From: Octopus bimaculoides
Taxonomy: Eukaryota
NCBI RefSeq assembly: GCF_001194135.2
Contig: NC_068994.1
Location: 5,871,335 to 5,935,334 of the forward strand
DNA: 64,000 nucleotides
Reading direction: 5' to 3'
The position numbers were made by a program, and so were the translations under genes. Under the pieces are notes generated by a model. It was not told the DNA's origin and did no database searches. It was given only the letters and a program-made list of their open reading frames with translations. Positions 1-12,300 of the stretch are shown piece by piece (positions within the stretch are counted from its first letter, which is position 1; the number at the start of each line of letters is the position of its first letter).

Positions 1-36
<36 letters not shown>

Positions 37-84
37 CATATACGTATGTATATGTATATATATTATGTATGTATCATCAAAAAA

Positions 85-285
85 TACATTAACACACCAA
101 CCAACATTCCAACACACCAATCAATACACTTACACACCAACCAACATTCCAACACACCAAACAAACACATTTACACACCAACAAATACATTAACACATTA
201 ACCAACATTCCAACACAAGTAACATTTTAACACACCAACCAACACATTTACACACCAACCAACATTCTAACACACTAACTACATC
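85..285. repeat. Degenerate ~19-20-bp minisatellite (ACACACCAACCAACATTCC-like)
   Basis: About ten diverged copies of ACACACCAACCAAC. Confidence 0.7.
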
Positions 286-916
286 AGCCAAAACCAGCCA
301 TTTCAACTGGAACTCTAATTTTTACTCTGTACATAAAAAAATTCAGTGTGTTAATTTACACACCTAAACAGACTCTATATATTCATGATGTAAAATTTCT
401 GACCTTTATTTTTATTTCTTTTCTATGAAAATATAATTTAAATAAATTAAATGGAATAAAGATATTTTTGAAAAATACTGGCAGCTTTTTTATTTATTTA
501 TTATAGTTTACATGTGTTTGTGCTGTTGTTGCTGTCTTTACTGCTATTGTTGAGGGTACGTGTGTCTGTGGAGTGCTCAGCCACTTGCACGTTAATTTCA
601 CGAGCAGGCTGTTCCGTTGATCGGATCAACTGGAACCCTCGTCGTCGTAACCGACAGAGTGCCAACCAGTTGTTGTATAACTACCGACTGCTTTGATTGC
701 ATAGACCTATCACCATAGATGTTTCATCTGTAACCATTCTCTGCTTATGAACATCAAGGACTACAACATCCAATGTGATTGTTTTCCTTTTCATGATGAT
801 AGGATGTATTTGGAAGGGACTTGGCTGTTATTTCAGTCCTCAACAACTAAATACCCTGTAGCAGGAATGTTTGGCAACTGAACCCAGATAACTGTATCCC
901 ATGTAAACAAACAACA

Positions 917-957
<41 letters not shown>

Positions 958-1538
958 TAGATTTAAATTATCTTATCTCCCAATTCTAAACTCTCGAATT
1001 TGCTCGACTAAACGCGATGCTCCAGCATGGCTGCAGTCAAATGACTGAAACAAACAAAAGAATGATATTAGAGTGCGGGGTGGGGTATACTTGTATGAAG
1101 AAGAACAACAACAAACTGTTTGTTTTTCTGTTTNNNNNNNNNNNNNNNNNNNNNNNNNNNNNNNNNNNNNNNNNNNNNNNNNNNNNNNNNNNNNNNNNNN
1201 NNNNNNNNNNNNNNNNNNNNNNNNNNNNNNNNNNNNNNNNNNNNNNNNNNNNNNNNNNNNNNNNNNNNNNNNNNNNNNNNNNNNNNNNNNNNNNNNNNNN
1301 NNNNNNNNNNNNNNNNNNNNNNNNNNNNNNNNNNNNNNNNNNNNNNNNNNNNNNNNNNNNNNNNNNNNNNNNNNNNNNNNNNNNNNNNNNNNNNNNNNNN
1401 NNNNNNNNNNNNNNNNNNNNNNNNNNNNNNNNNNNNNNNNNNNNNNNNNNNNNNNNNNNNNNTATATATATACATATGTTTATACACACAACATATATGT
1501 AGAGAGATAACATCCAGGCATGCCTGTATAAAAGTATA

Positions 1539-1582
<44 letters not shown>

Positions 1583-1992
1583 TGACACAAATGTATAAAA
1601 GAAATACAACAAATCCTTGTGTGGAATATAAAGGCAAAAAAAAAGAGTAGGGATAATTATCAATAGAACAGTAATTAATTGGTATTTGTTTATACATGGA
1701 ACTAATGAATGAGTACTGGACATGTCAGTTATTGTCTATCCCTTAAGGATTTAGTCTTATTCTTAGTTACAGTCCCCAACTGGTCAATACAGATGTGTTT
1801 GGGTCAAGTGTGATGTATCAACTTATTAACAATTATTTGTTGATCTTAACTTAGCAATAAGTCTTCTTTAAGCCTGATGTATCTCCTTCCAATGTGTTAT
1901 ATCTTCTTAATATGTGATGTCTTATTAATGTGTCATGCTACAGTCTTGTGTATGTCAATGTGCATTGTGACATGTCCATTTAGAGTCGTGTG

Positions 1993-2300
1993 TTATTACC
2001 ACCACCTTAGTGAAGGTGGAGGTATTGTTTTCAATTGTGTTTGTTTGTTTGTTTGTTTGTCTGTGGATAAGATATCTAAAGAATCACTGGATGGATTCGG
2101 GTGAAACTTTCAGGGATGTTTGGCCTCGTAACCGGCACAAACTGATTATATTTTAGGATCTATCCGGTACTGGACAAGGATTCTGAATTATTTTTCCGAT
2201 TTTTTAAATTAATTTTTGAGAGCAGTTGGATTCATTTTTAGTGAGAGCAGTTGAGTTTATCTCAGATATTCTCATTTTAAAAATCCTCTCCAGGATTTAC
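1993..2300 (+). mobile_element. Helentron-associated (HINE/DINE-1-like) non-autonomous element, 3' limit approximate
   Basis: TTATTACC start, hairpin CCACCTT-AGTG-AAGGTGG, then (GTTT)n/GTCT microsatellite and ..CTGGATGGATT..GAAACTT core. Confidence 0.5.
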
Positions 2301-3059
2301 ACCCTAGAGTGTGTTATCTCACCTAAGACAGTACTATGTGTTTCTTGCACTATCATCTTTAACAACGCAGTATCCCTATGCAAAATTTGTTTTTAAAATT
2401 TGGCAGTTGGGTGGGAGGTAGTTATCACACCATTGTTTAAACTGTATGTCTCCTACCCCCGTACATTTTATGTAAAACACATCCCCTAATATGTATCTCC
2501 TTTTAGTCTGGTATAGCTCTCTCTGATTACTAGTATCAACAGTGTAGGCAACCCTAACATTAACACTATATGTATAAAAACAGAAGGTGGATTCAGTTGA
2601 ACAAGTACTACACCTTTCTATACACTCTTCTCTATGAATTACTACACACCTATAGGAATTACTACACACCTTGCTCTACAGACCACTCTACATCTTTCTG
2701 TGCTGTTTGAGAAAATGTTGATGATTTAGCAGTTTTACACAAGAAGTACCCTTTGGACAGTATGTCAGCTGTATACTCTGTTATGTACCCTCACAACAAC
2801 CAGTCAGCTGTACAAAGCAAGTCATATGTACCCTGACATCTGATCCATAGCTGTACACGATGGTCTCACGTACCCTGATCACCAAGCTTCAGCTTTGATA
2901 TTCATTCATTTACTTAGATATTTTCGCCTCTTGTGTTGAGCATTCCTCAGACACACACACCCTTCATGAAGTTCTCAGGAAAATTCAGCATGACACATAA
3001 AAGTGACAGGCCTGGCCCCTTTGAATTCCAGGCACAACTCATTTTTGCCAGGTCTTGGT

Positions 3060-3640
3060 GGTTGTGGTCAATATTGCAATAGGTGTTAGGGATGAGGACA
3101 GTAGTGGTAGTGGTGATAGTTGCAATGGACTTGTTGATGGTGATGATGATGATGGTGATTAAGAGGCAGAGAAGAAGTAAGTACATGACAGCTACAACAA
3201 CAACAACTATGATGAAGACATGAACAACAATCACAGTGATGATGATGATGATGATGACGATGATGATGACAATGAGGAAAATGATGTTGATGATGATGAT
3301 GATGATACTGACAATGATACTGATGGTGTTGGTGCTAACGATGATGACAACAGTGACGATGATGGTGCTGTCAATGATAATGATGAAGACGACAATGATG
3401 ACGATGTCGAGGATAATGATGACAGCAACAACAATGATGACGATGGCAGCAATTAAAAACAATGAGGAGGATAATGATAACGATGATGATGACGATGACG
3501 ATGATAATGATGATGATGACAGTGCTGGCGACAGCGATGACAACGATGGCAGCAACAATGAAGAGGATGACATTGATGATGCTGATGATGATGACAATGA
3601 TCGCCATAGCAATGACAACAACAAAGATGATGACGGGATC
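3060..3640. repeat. Degenerate (GAT/GAC/AAC)n trinucleotide tract
   Basis: Direct reading; explains the overlapping poly-D, poly-M, poly-S and poly-I ORFs. Similar tracts at 5100-5700, 16050-16500, 20400-20730, 32820-32930, 35270-35510 and 43770-43900. Confidence 0.9.
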
Positions 3641-4054
3641 TTAAATATAATGCTGTCTCAGCAGCTCTGGACATCACTTATGAACAAGTCTGCAATGATG
3701 CACTTTTTGCCACTGCCAGCTTCCTAGATTATCAAATACTATTTACTATCACAGCTCACCTAATAAACGTCCTCTGGTGGGGCCAGTAAGAGATTTTAGG
3801 TGGGGCTTGAAACCAGCTTTCTGTCAAACAGACAGAGTGTGGTGGCTACGTTGTCCTTTCTTACATGGTAGAAATGCAGTTGAAGTGCAGTGATGCACAT
3901 ATAACTGCAGAGTCACATCTCATATTATGATCTGTCGAAAATATATATATTTTTTTTTAAGCGAAATAGAAGAAAGCCACAAATCCACATATGTATGTGG
4001 ACAAGTAATTAATTAATTAACTAATTGATATGTAGATGCACACACATACACACA

Positions 4055-4098
<44 letters not shown>

Positions 4099-4245
4099 CA
4101 TATACATATGTGTGTGTGTGTGTGTGCATGTGCATGTAGTGTGTATTTGTGTGTATGTCTTCATGTGCGTGCTTATGTGAAGATCAGACCTAATATTATG
4201 TATATAAATGTGTATGCCTGAATGTATGTGTATGTGCGTGTGTAT

Positions 4246-4282
<37 letters not shown>

Positions 4283-6298
4283 NNNNNNNNNNNNNNNNNN
4301 NNNNNNNNNNNNNNNNNNNNNNNNNNNNNNNNNNNNNNNNNNNNNNNNNNNNNNNNNNNNNNNNNNNNNNNNNNNNNNNNNNNNNNNNNNNNNNNNNNNN
4401 NNNNNNNNNNNNNNNNNNNNNNNNNNNNNNNNNNNNNNNNNNNNNNNNNNNNNNNNNNNNNNNNNNNNNNNNNNNNNNNNNNNNNNNNNNNNNNNNNNNN
4501 NNNNNNNNNNNNNNNNNNNNNNNNNNNNNNNNNNNNNNNNNNNNNNNNNNNNNNNNNNNNNNNNNNNNNNNNNNNNNNNNNNNNNNNNNNNNNNNNNNNN
4601 NNNNNNNNNNNNNNNNNNNNNNNNNNNNNNNNNNNNNNNNNNNNNNNNNNNNNNNNNNNNNNNNNNNNNNNNNNNNNNNNNNNNNNNNNNNNNNNNNNNN
4701 NNNNNNNNNNNNNNNNNNNNNNNNNNNNNNNNNNNNNNNNNNNNNNNNNNNNNNNNNNNNNNNNNNNNNNNNNNNNNNNNNNNNNNNNNNNNNNNNNNNN
4801 NNNNNNNNNNNNNNNNNNNNNNNNNNNNNNNNNNNNNNNNNNNNNNNNNNNNNNNNNNNNNNNNNNNNNNNNNNNNNNNNNNNNNNNNNNNNNNNNNNNN
4901 NNNNNNNNNNNNNNNNNNNNNNNNNTATATATATATATATATATTTATATACACATGTATATGTAACTGTATATGGAGAGATATGTATGCATATGTATAC
5001 ATGTGCACAGTAACATTTGCATGTATACATACATATCTAAACTATTATGCATTTTTTTATGCATTTCTTTATAAATGGAAAGAATAACAATTTATTACTA
5101 TAATAATTGCTAATAATAATAATAATAATAATAATTGATAATAATAATAATTGATAATAATAATAATTGATAATAATAATAATTGATAATAATAAGCTTA
5201 CATGGTTTACCTTAATACAAAAGTTTTATTCTAATTTCATCATCATCATCATCATCTTTGTCGTCATCATCATCGTAATCATCATCATCATCATCGTCGT
5301 CATCTTTGTCATCATTATCATTGTCATCATCATTATTGTCATCATCATCATTGTCATCATCACCTACTGCAATTATTAACTAAACCATCATCATTAAACA
5401 GATGACAATCACTGGCACCATTGTCCAACATTGCTATCACATCATCATCATCATCATCATCATCATCACTATCATTGTCATCATCATCATTATCCTCATC
5501 ATCATCTTCCTTTCCATCATCATCATAGTCATCATCATCATCATTAACAATCCTTATCTTCATTATTGTAATCATCACTGTCATCATCATCATAATCATC
5601 GTTGTTGTCATTGTCATCATCGTTATCATCAACACAATCTTTCCTATCATTGAAAACGTTATCATCACCACCATCATCAACACTATAACCACTATCGCTA
5701 TGATATATTCCCACCCTGGGCCACCAGTTGACATTTGGAATAGATTTCATATATTTACTCTACTTCATGTCATGATTCTAAGAACTCATCATGTGATCAC
5801 TTTTATCATGTGACCGCAGCTGTCTGCCACATAACCAATGATATCATTGCTTAAACTATTTCTGTCAATCATGTGACCAATGTTGTCAATCACATATTCA
5901 GTGTCGTCAGTCACATAACCAACAGTGTAGGTCACATGTTCAGCATTGTCAGTCATGTGACCATTATTATCTGTCACACAACTTCTCTATGTCATGTGAC
6001 CACTGTTGTAAGTCATGTGATACACAATGCATCACAGGGATGCTTATTGAGTCTGGAACAAGAACTGATCAATAACAATCCTAAAAGTTTGGCACTGATT
6101 GGATCAGAGATAACTGGATCAGGTTAGACTAGTCTAATCCAGATTGATCTGGAGAGATAAGTGATGTAGTAAACTTGATTAGAATAAACTGGTTTGAACA
6201 AGAAATATCTAAATTTCTAACGACATATCTAAATTGTGCTGGATGAGATATGATTCTATCAAAGAGCTCTAGTAAAACTGTAATGGACTGGAGTAAAC

Positions 6299-6388
6299 TG
6301 AAGACCAGTGAAGACCGGACTGGTGAAGACCGGACTGGTGAAGACCGGACTGGTGAAGACCGGACTGGTGAAGACCGGACTGGTGAAG
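6299..6388. repeat. 15-bp minisatellite (GGACTGGTGAAGACC)n
   Basis: Four to five perfect units plus degenerate flanks. Confidence 0.9.
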
Positions 6389-8953
6389 AGCAGTCTGAAC
6401 AAGTATAGACCAGATAGAACTAGTTCATCATTTAATATCTCAATGAATTTCAAAGTCCCTGAGTTTGATTTAAGACAGTCAAGTTGTTTCTTTATCTTGT
6501 TAATTTTTTTTTTTTCTGATGGGTAGAGGGGGGCATGGTTTGGATGTTTGTATTTGGTCACAAAGGTTGATTAAGTTAGCACCCAGATAGCATATATGGT
6601 CCCGGTTGGATGGTTGTAGATGTTGACAGTCGCTGGGGTAGGGTTAATGTGTGTGTGATTCATTGCGGTGGTATATCTTCTGTTTGATTAACTGCTCTGA
6701 TGTTGTTCGACTGTTTCAGCCACAACTGATTGGGTGCTGCCACTCAACAACAACAACAACAACAACAAAGACAGCAAATAACGATAACAGCAACAAGAGC
6801 AGCAGCATTATAAACAACAGCAGGAGAAGCCTCATTAACAGCAGCAGCAAGAATAAGGGCGTTTTAATATGGTTGGGTTGTTTCACTTGCTAGAAATAGC
6901 AGCCAAGTTTCCCTCAAAATCACAACATGCTATCTTAAAATATGGGATATACATTGCCTGAAACGAAAAATTAAGAAAAATAACAACAACAATAATAACA
7001 ATGTAGGGATCTAGCTTGACCTCTCCTTGACCATCATAAGTCCTAGGACCAGCACAGGTCCTGGTTCAGTTTCCAATAGAAAATAACAACACTAGTAATA
7101 ACAACAACAATAATAACAATGTAGGGATCTAGCTTGACCGCTCCTTGACCATCATAGGTCCTAGGGGGTCGAGTGTTTCCTGTTCAATCATCTGGTGTGG
7201 AGAGGATTTCCCACTCGTTTTGACAAGCAACAAGCAAGTGGTTTCAAATCTCAGCCAGGGTCAGGCTCCGACCCCACAACACCAAAAGCAATAATATCGT
7301 TAATAACAGAAACACTAAGCATTTCTAGAATCGGCTCGATTTTGTGCCAACGTTTTGTAGGTAGACATATTTCCTTTTCTTTTACTTGTTTCAGTCATTT
7401 GACTGCGGCCATGCTGGAGCACCGTCTTTAGTTGAACAAATCAACCCCAGGACTTACTCTTTGTAAGCCTAGTACTTATTCAATTGGTCCCTTTTGCCGA
7501 ACGGCTAAGTTACGGGGACGTAAACATACCAACATCGGTTGTCAAGTGATGGTGGCAGGACAAACACAGACACACAAATGCATAATACATATATATNNNN
7601 NNNNNNNNNNNNNNNNNNNNNNNNNNNNNNNNNNNNNNNNNNNNNNNNNNNNNNNNNNNNNNNNNNNNNNNNNNNNNNNNNNNNNNNNNNNNNNNNNNNN
7701 NNNNNNNNNNNNNNNNNNNNNNNNNNNNNNNNNNNNNNNNNNATATATATATATATATATATATACGCGACGGGCTTCTTTCAATTTTCGTCTACCAAAT
7801 CCATTCACAAGGCTTTGGTTGGCCCGAGGCTATAAGGTGCCACGCAGTGGGACTGAACCCGAAATTATGTGGTTGAGAAGCAAATTTCTTACTACACAGC
7901 CACTCTTGTCAATAAAAAAAAGATAATAATTCTTTTCATCTTGAGACTTTTATGAGGTAGTTTACTATTCCCACACTTCATCGCCTCGTTTTCTTTTCTT
8001 TTCTTTTTTACAATTATAATAACAAGAATAACAATTACAACATAAATGAAACGAACCAGCACCAACGAAGACAATACGTGACCATCGATGTACGGCAGTC
8101 AACGACAGTTATCTCCCTTGATCTTCTTAGCTAGATTCAATCCAATGAAATGGAAGTTCTTATAGACTCAACATGTCATGACACTTGAGCATAGGACGAA
8201 TAAGAATCTATATGTGGCTGCTTTATCTGCTAGAAATAGCAGCTTATTGTTCTTCAGACTTCATTCTATGATCTTAAGAAAAAACGGGCCGAATTGGGGT
8301 TAAACAAGAACATGACCTGTAGATAATAATAATAATAACCAAAAATTACAATATTCTGAACATTTGAAACTAACAAAGCGAGTTCAGTTTCCAATACATT
8401 AGAATGTTATTAGCTGGCATCACAAATTTTCTAATTTATAATGTCCTGAACACAAAATTGCTTCTGTTTCCTGCTTAGATTCCGGGCTTTCGTTTTCAGT
8501 AATTTCAAAATGCATAGATTTGAAACAAAAACAAAAAACGTTAATGGTTTCATAAATAAAATTTCTTATCACAGACGAAAATCTGAGACTTGACATACGC
8601 GCGCACGAACATTTAAACTTTTTCTATTTGTCTCTTTTATTTTTTATTTTTTATTTTTGTTGGTGTTGCACTTTCAATTGCAGACGGTACGTTCTTTAAT
8701 TCTTTTACTAGTTTCAGTCGTAGAACTGCAGCCATTCTAATGCACCGACTTCAAGGGATTTTAGCGGTTAAATCGACTACAATACTTTTAGCTGATATGT
8801 GTCTCACTGACCTCGGAAGATAAAGAAAGACAAAGTCAGCTAACTGGACGTAAATGGAAACAAGTGACACGCAAAATTATTTGGGGTTTCATACAGCGCC
8901 ATTTTCCCAGAGAACGCCCTTATGAACATATATGCACGTGTGCATGCGTAAAC

Positions 8954-8989
<36 letters not shown>

Positions 8990-9377
8990 TCATGCATGCA
9001 TGTATACATACATACATACATACATAAATACATACATACATACATACATACATACATACATACATAATACATACTCACGCGCACACACACTCGCACAGGT
9101 CAAACGAAGGCCTTCCACAGAGTTTCCATTTACTCACAAGGTAGAGGTCAAACTGAAGCCAGAGTCGAAGACACTTGCCAAAGGCATTGCGCAGTGGGAT
9201 CGAACCGGAGCCCACGCAATTATGCTGCAAACTCCTTGACCACACACCCACACTGGGGCCGATGGCATCGACTAACCCCTTTCCCTCCAAATTACTGGCT
9301 TCGTGTCTAAATTTGAAACCATCTTTATCGTTATTTTATATAATTTTTCTCCGCGCACATCTTCCCATAGAGTCGCT

Positions 9378-12300
9378 CTAAAACTGTGTGGCGACCGTTG
9401 TAGCTGCCATTACTGAGGATATTTTGGAGTCTGCTGGGTTTGTGGAATACATCTCATGCAGCCAGTTCATTATCTGAGTAGTTTTACCTTCGTCACAGAA
9501 ATTTAAGACATCGCCATCACAGCTACCGTCACCGATTTTAGATAATTCGATGTCCAGATTGTCTAACTCTTCTAAAGCGTCGGAAATGTCACTCAGTGAC
9601 TTTTGTACGCAAAGTGGTTCTTTGGCATTTTGTAATTTCCGTTTGCTGCCATTGTCGGAATTTTCTCCACTATCATCGCTGTTAGATTCAGTGAAACGTA
9701 AACAAGGACTAGGTGACCTTTCCACCTTGAAGCTCAAGAACCGCCTGAGTTCCTTACTCCAAGAACCAACGCGGTGAGATATTTTACGCGTCAAACGGGT
9801 GAAACTCCGACTTCGATTGTCCTCTGACCTGTTATCCCGAACATCACAAAGATCCCCATCAGAGGAAGAAATCTTTCTCTGCTGCTCGGTTTTACCCCCA
9901 ACTGTTTTCTTCCTCAAGTCTTTTCTTTCTTTCGACTGTTTCCTACGCTTCTTTGTCTTTGTCTCTTTTCCTTCTGACCTATTCACCTGATGCCGTACTG
10001 AACTCTTGTTCTCTCTCAAAGAAGATGGTGGAGTCTCGTAGGCATCACTGCCATCACTGTCCCCTATCTCAGACTTGGATTCATTTTTAACGACTTTTTT
10101 CTCATGAGTATTTTTCTTCTTATTCTTCTTATTCTTCTCTTTCTCCCTGTTTAACTTCTCCCTTTCCTTCTCCTCTCTCTTTTCTTTCTCTTCTTTCTTG
10201 TTCTTTTCTTCTTTCTCTTTCTTCTTTTTATCCTTCTTTTTCTTCTTCCTCTTTTTCTTCTTCTTTCGGTCTTTCTTGTCGCTTTTCCCTTTCTCCTTTC
10301 CATCTTTACCATCGGCAGTTCTTGACGATACTACTTCCTTTGAGCCCTCTACATTAGGGTCTGAAGTTACAGTGAGGCCTCCGTTTGAGTCACACCGAGG
10401 GTTTAGCTCTGATCTTCGAACTGGTTTCGGAAGACGATCAGGTGGGATTTGCGGCGGAGTCAGAACAATGGGCAGTGGCTTAACAACACCAAGAGGCAAG
10501 TTATAGTCACAATTTAATGGGGGAAACTGAGGTAATGTAGTAGCCTCTTCAACTGGGGGAAACATTTCTGTCAAAGGTGGAACCAGTGATGGTATCGATG
10601 GCAAAGGGCGATAAGTGGCAGCTGTGGGCGTTGTGTCTCGCTGAAATGAAGATCTTTGGAAAAGAAATGAATTTTCTGTCGGATCAAACTGTTCCTGTTG
10701 GTTCTGAACGAATTCATTAAAGGATTCTGATTCGTCAGGAGTCTGTTTCGATGATTGATAAACAGAGGTCACAGGAGATAAATATGGATAAGACTGGTGG
10801 TAATGTTTTGGCTGCTTTTGTTGCTCTGGAACAGAGACTGAGCTTCCTGAGTTTGCTAATATTTCGGAAAGAGGTTTCTGTTGACGTCCTCTACACTCAG
10901 ATGAGACTTCTGAACTCCTTAAGGAACCACTGAGGTCAGATTTAACAGATAAATACTTGTTGCTTCGTCGCTGTCTTGCAGAACGACGAAGCGCAGCTGC
11001 GACAGCTTCTTCCGCCAATGGTCTTGCCAAAGACGGCCACCCATCACGTTCTCCTCCCACTGCAGGTATCATTTTATCGGTTGGATCGACGACATTTTTA
11101 TCTTCAGTTGAGATGATTGGTCTCGAAAATGGACAATAAGGGAGCTCTTCTGGTGTTGCTTTAACGTCACCACTTTCAGTTGGTGAGATACCAGGTACAA
11201 AAGTAATCGAAGAAATATTTCTGTTACAATCTTCAACACCACGGAGCCCACCCCCTCTTCCACTGTCACAAAACCCGTTGTTATTGATAGTCATACTATT
11301 ATTAGAACCAATCATATTGCTACCGTTGCTGTTGATGTTACCGCTGTTACAGTTTTCCTCTGCTAAAGTTCGTTGATCTTCCTCAGTTTCAAAATCATCT
11401 GCTTCAGGCATAAAATGTGAATTTGGTAATGGGTTAAACAAGGATTTTCTCCGCATAGAATTCCGTAAAACTTTAGGATTATATGTTTCTTCTTGTCTAT
11501 TAGAAATAGTTGCATCGTTGGGTAATCCTGTTGTATCAGTCAAATGGACCTGTTGTCCGTGGTTCCTGTGCTTCATACTGCCTCGGTTATGACTGTTTCG
11601 TTCTGTGTTTCGCCTTGAACCATACTCCCTTGTTGAAAACGATCTTTGAAATGGAGTATTACTTTGATTTCCGACATTAATCTGTACCAGCGAGTCAGCG
11701 GTCTCTTCATTTTCTATATCGCCCATGTAATGAGGTTTTTGAGAATAACTTGTATTGTTATCGATGTTGTTATAACCGCTTCTATTGTGAAAATGACGGC
11801 TTGAGGAGCGTTTCTTGCAAGAACGAACAGGAATCTGTGGCTGATCGTCATAGTAATCGAAATCGCGATTGTTGGGGTTGAATATTTGCTGCAGATGAAC
11901 ATGGTTTGATGAAGTCGGATTGGGAAAGTGATGGATGCTTGAGCGTGGATTGGCGACAGAGCGTTGCATTCGTTGAGATGTCCTGTTGCCAAAATTGCTG
12001 CGTTGGGAACATCTAGCAGAGCTGCGTACGAACGAATTGATGTTATGTATGCTCTTACGACGGAGGGCATTGAACTGGACAATATCTTCATTTGTATCAG
12101 CAGCCATCTTTGTATAACTACGTGTGAACGGACATTTTTCCTGCTGAGCTGATTTAGCGGCAGAAATTAGATCTTGTTGAGTACGAACGTGATCTTTGGT
12201 ATTTGAAGGAACATTATTTCTGTGGCTGTTACCAGCATCGTTAAAAACTTTGAAGCTACTGCGCTGAGTTCTGGAACTTTTAGGGGAATCCTGTTGACTT

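Noticed and set aside
2947-3727. Overlapping poly-D/M/S/I/H ORFs (also 5167-5750, 15969-16569, 20282-20790, 43644-44077)
   Set aside because: Translations of trinucleotide microsatellites, open in several frames on both strands, with no splice or homology support.
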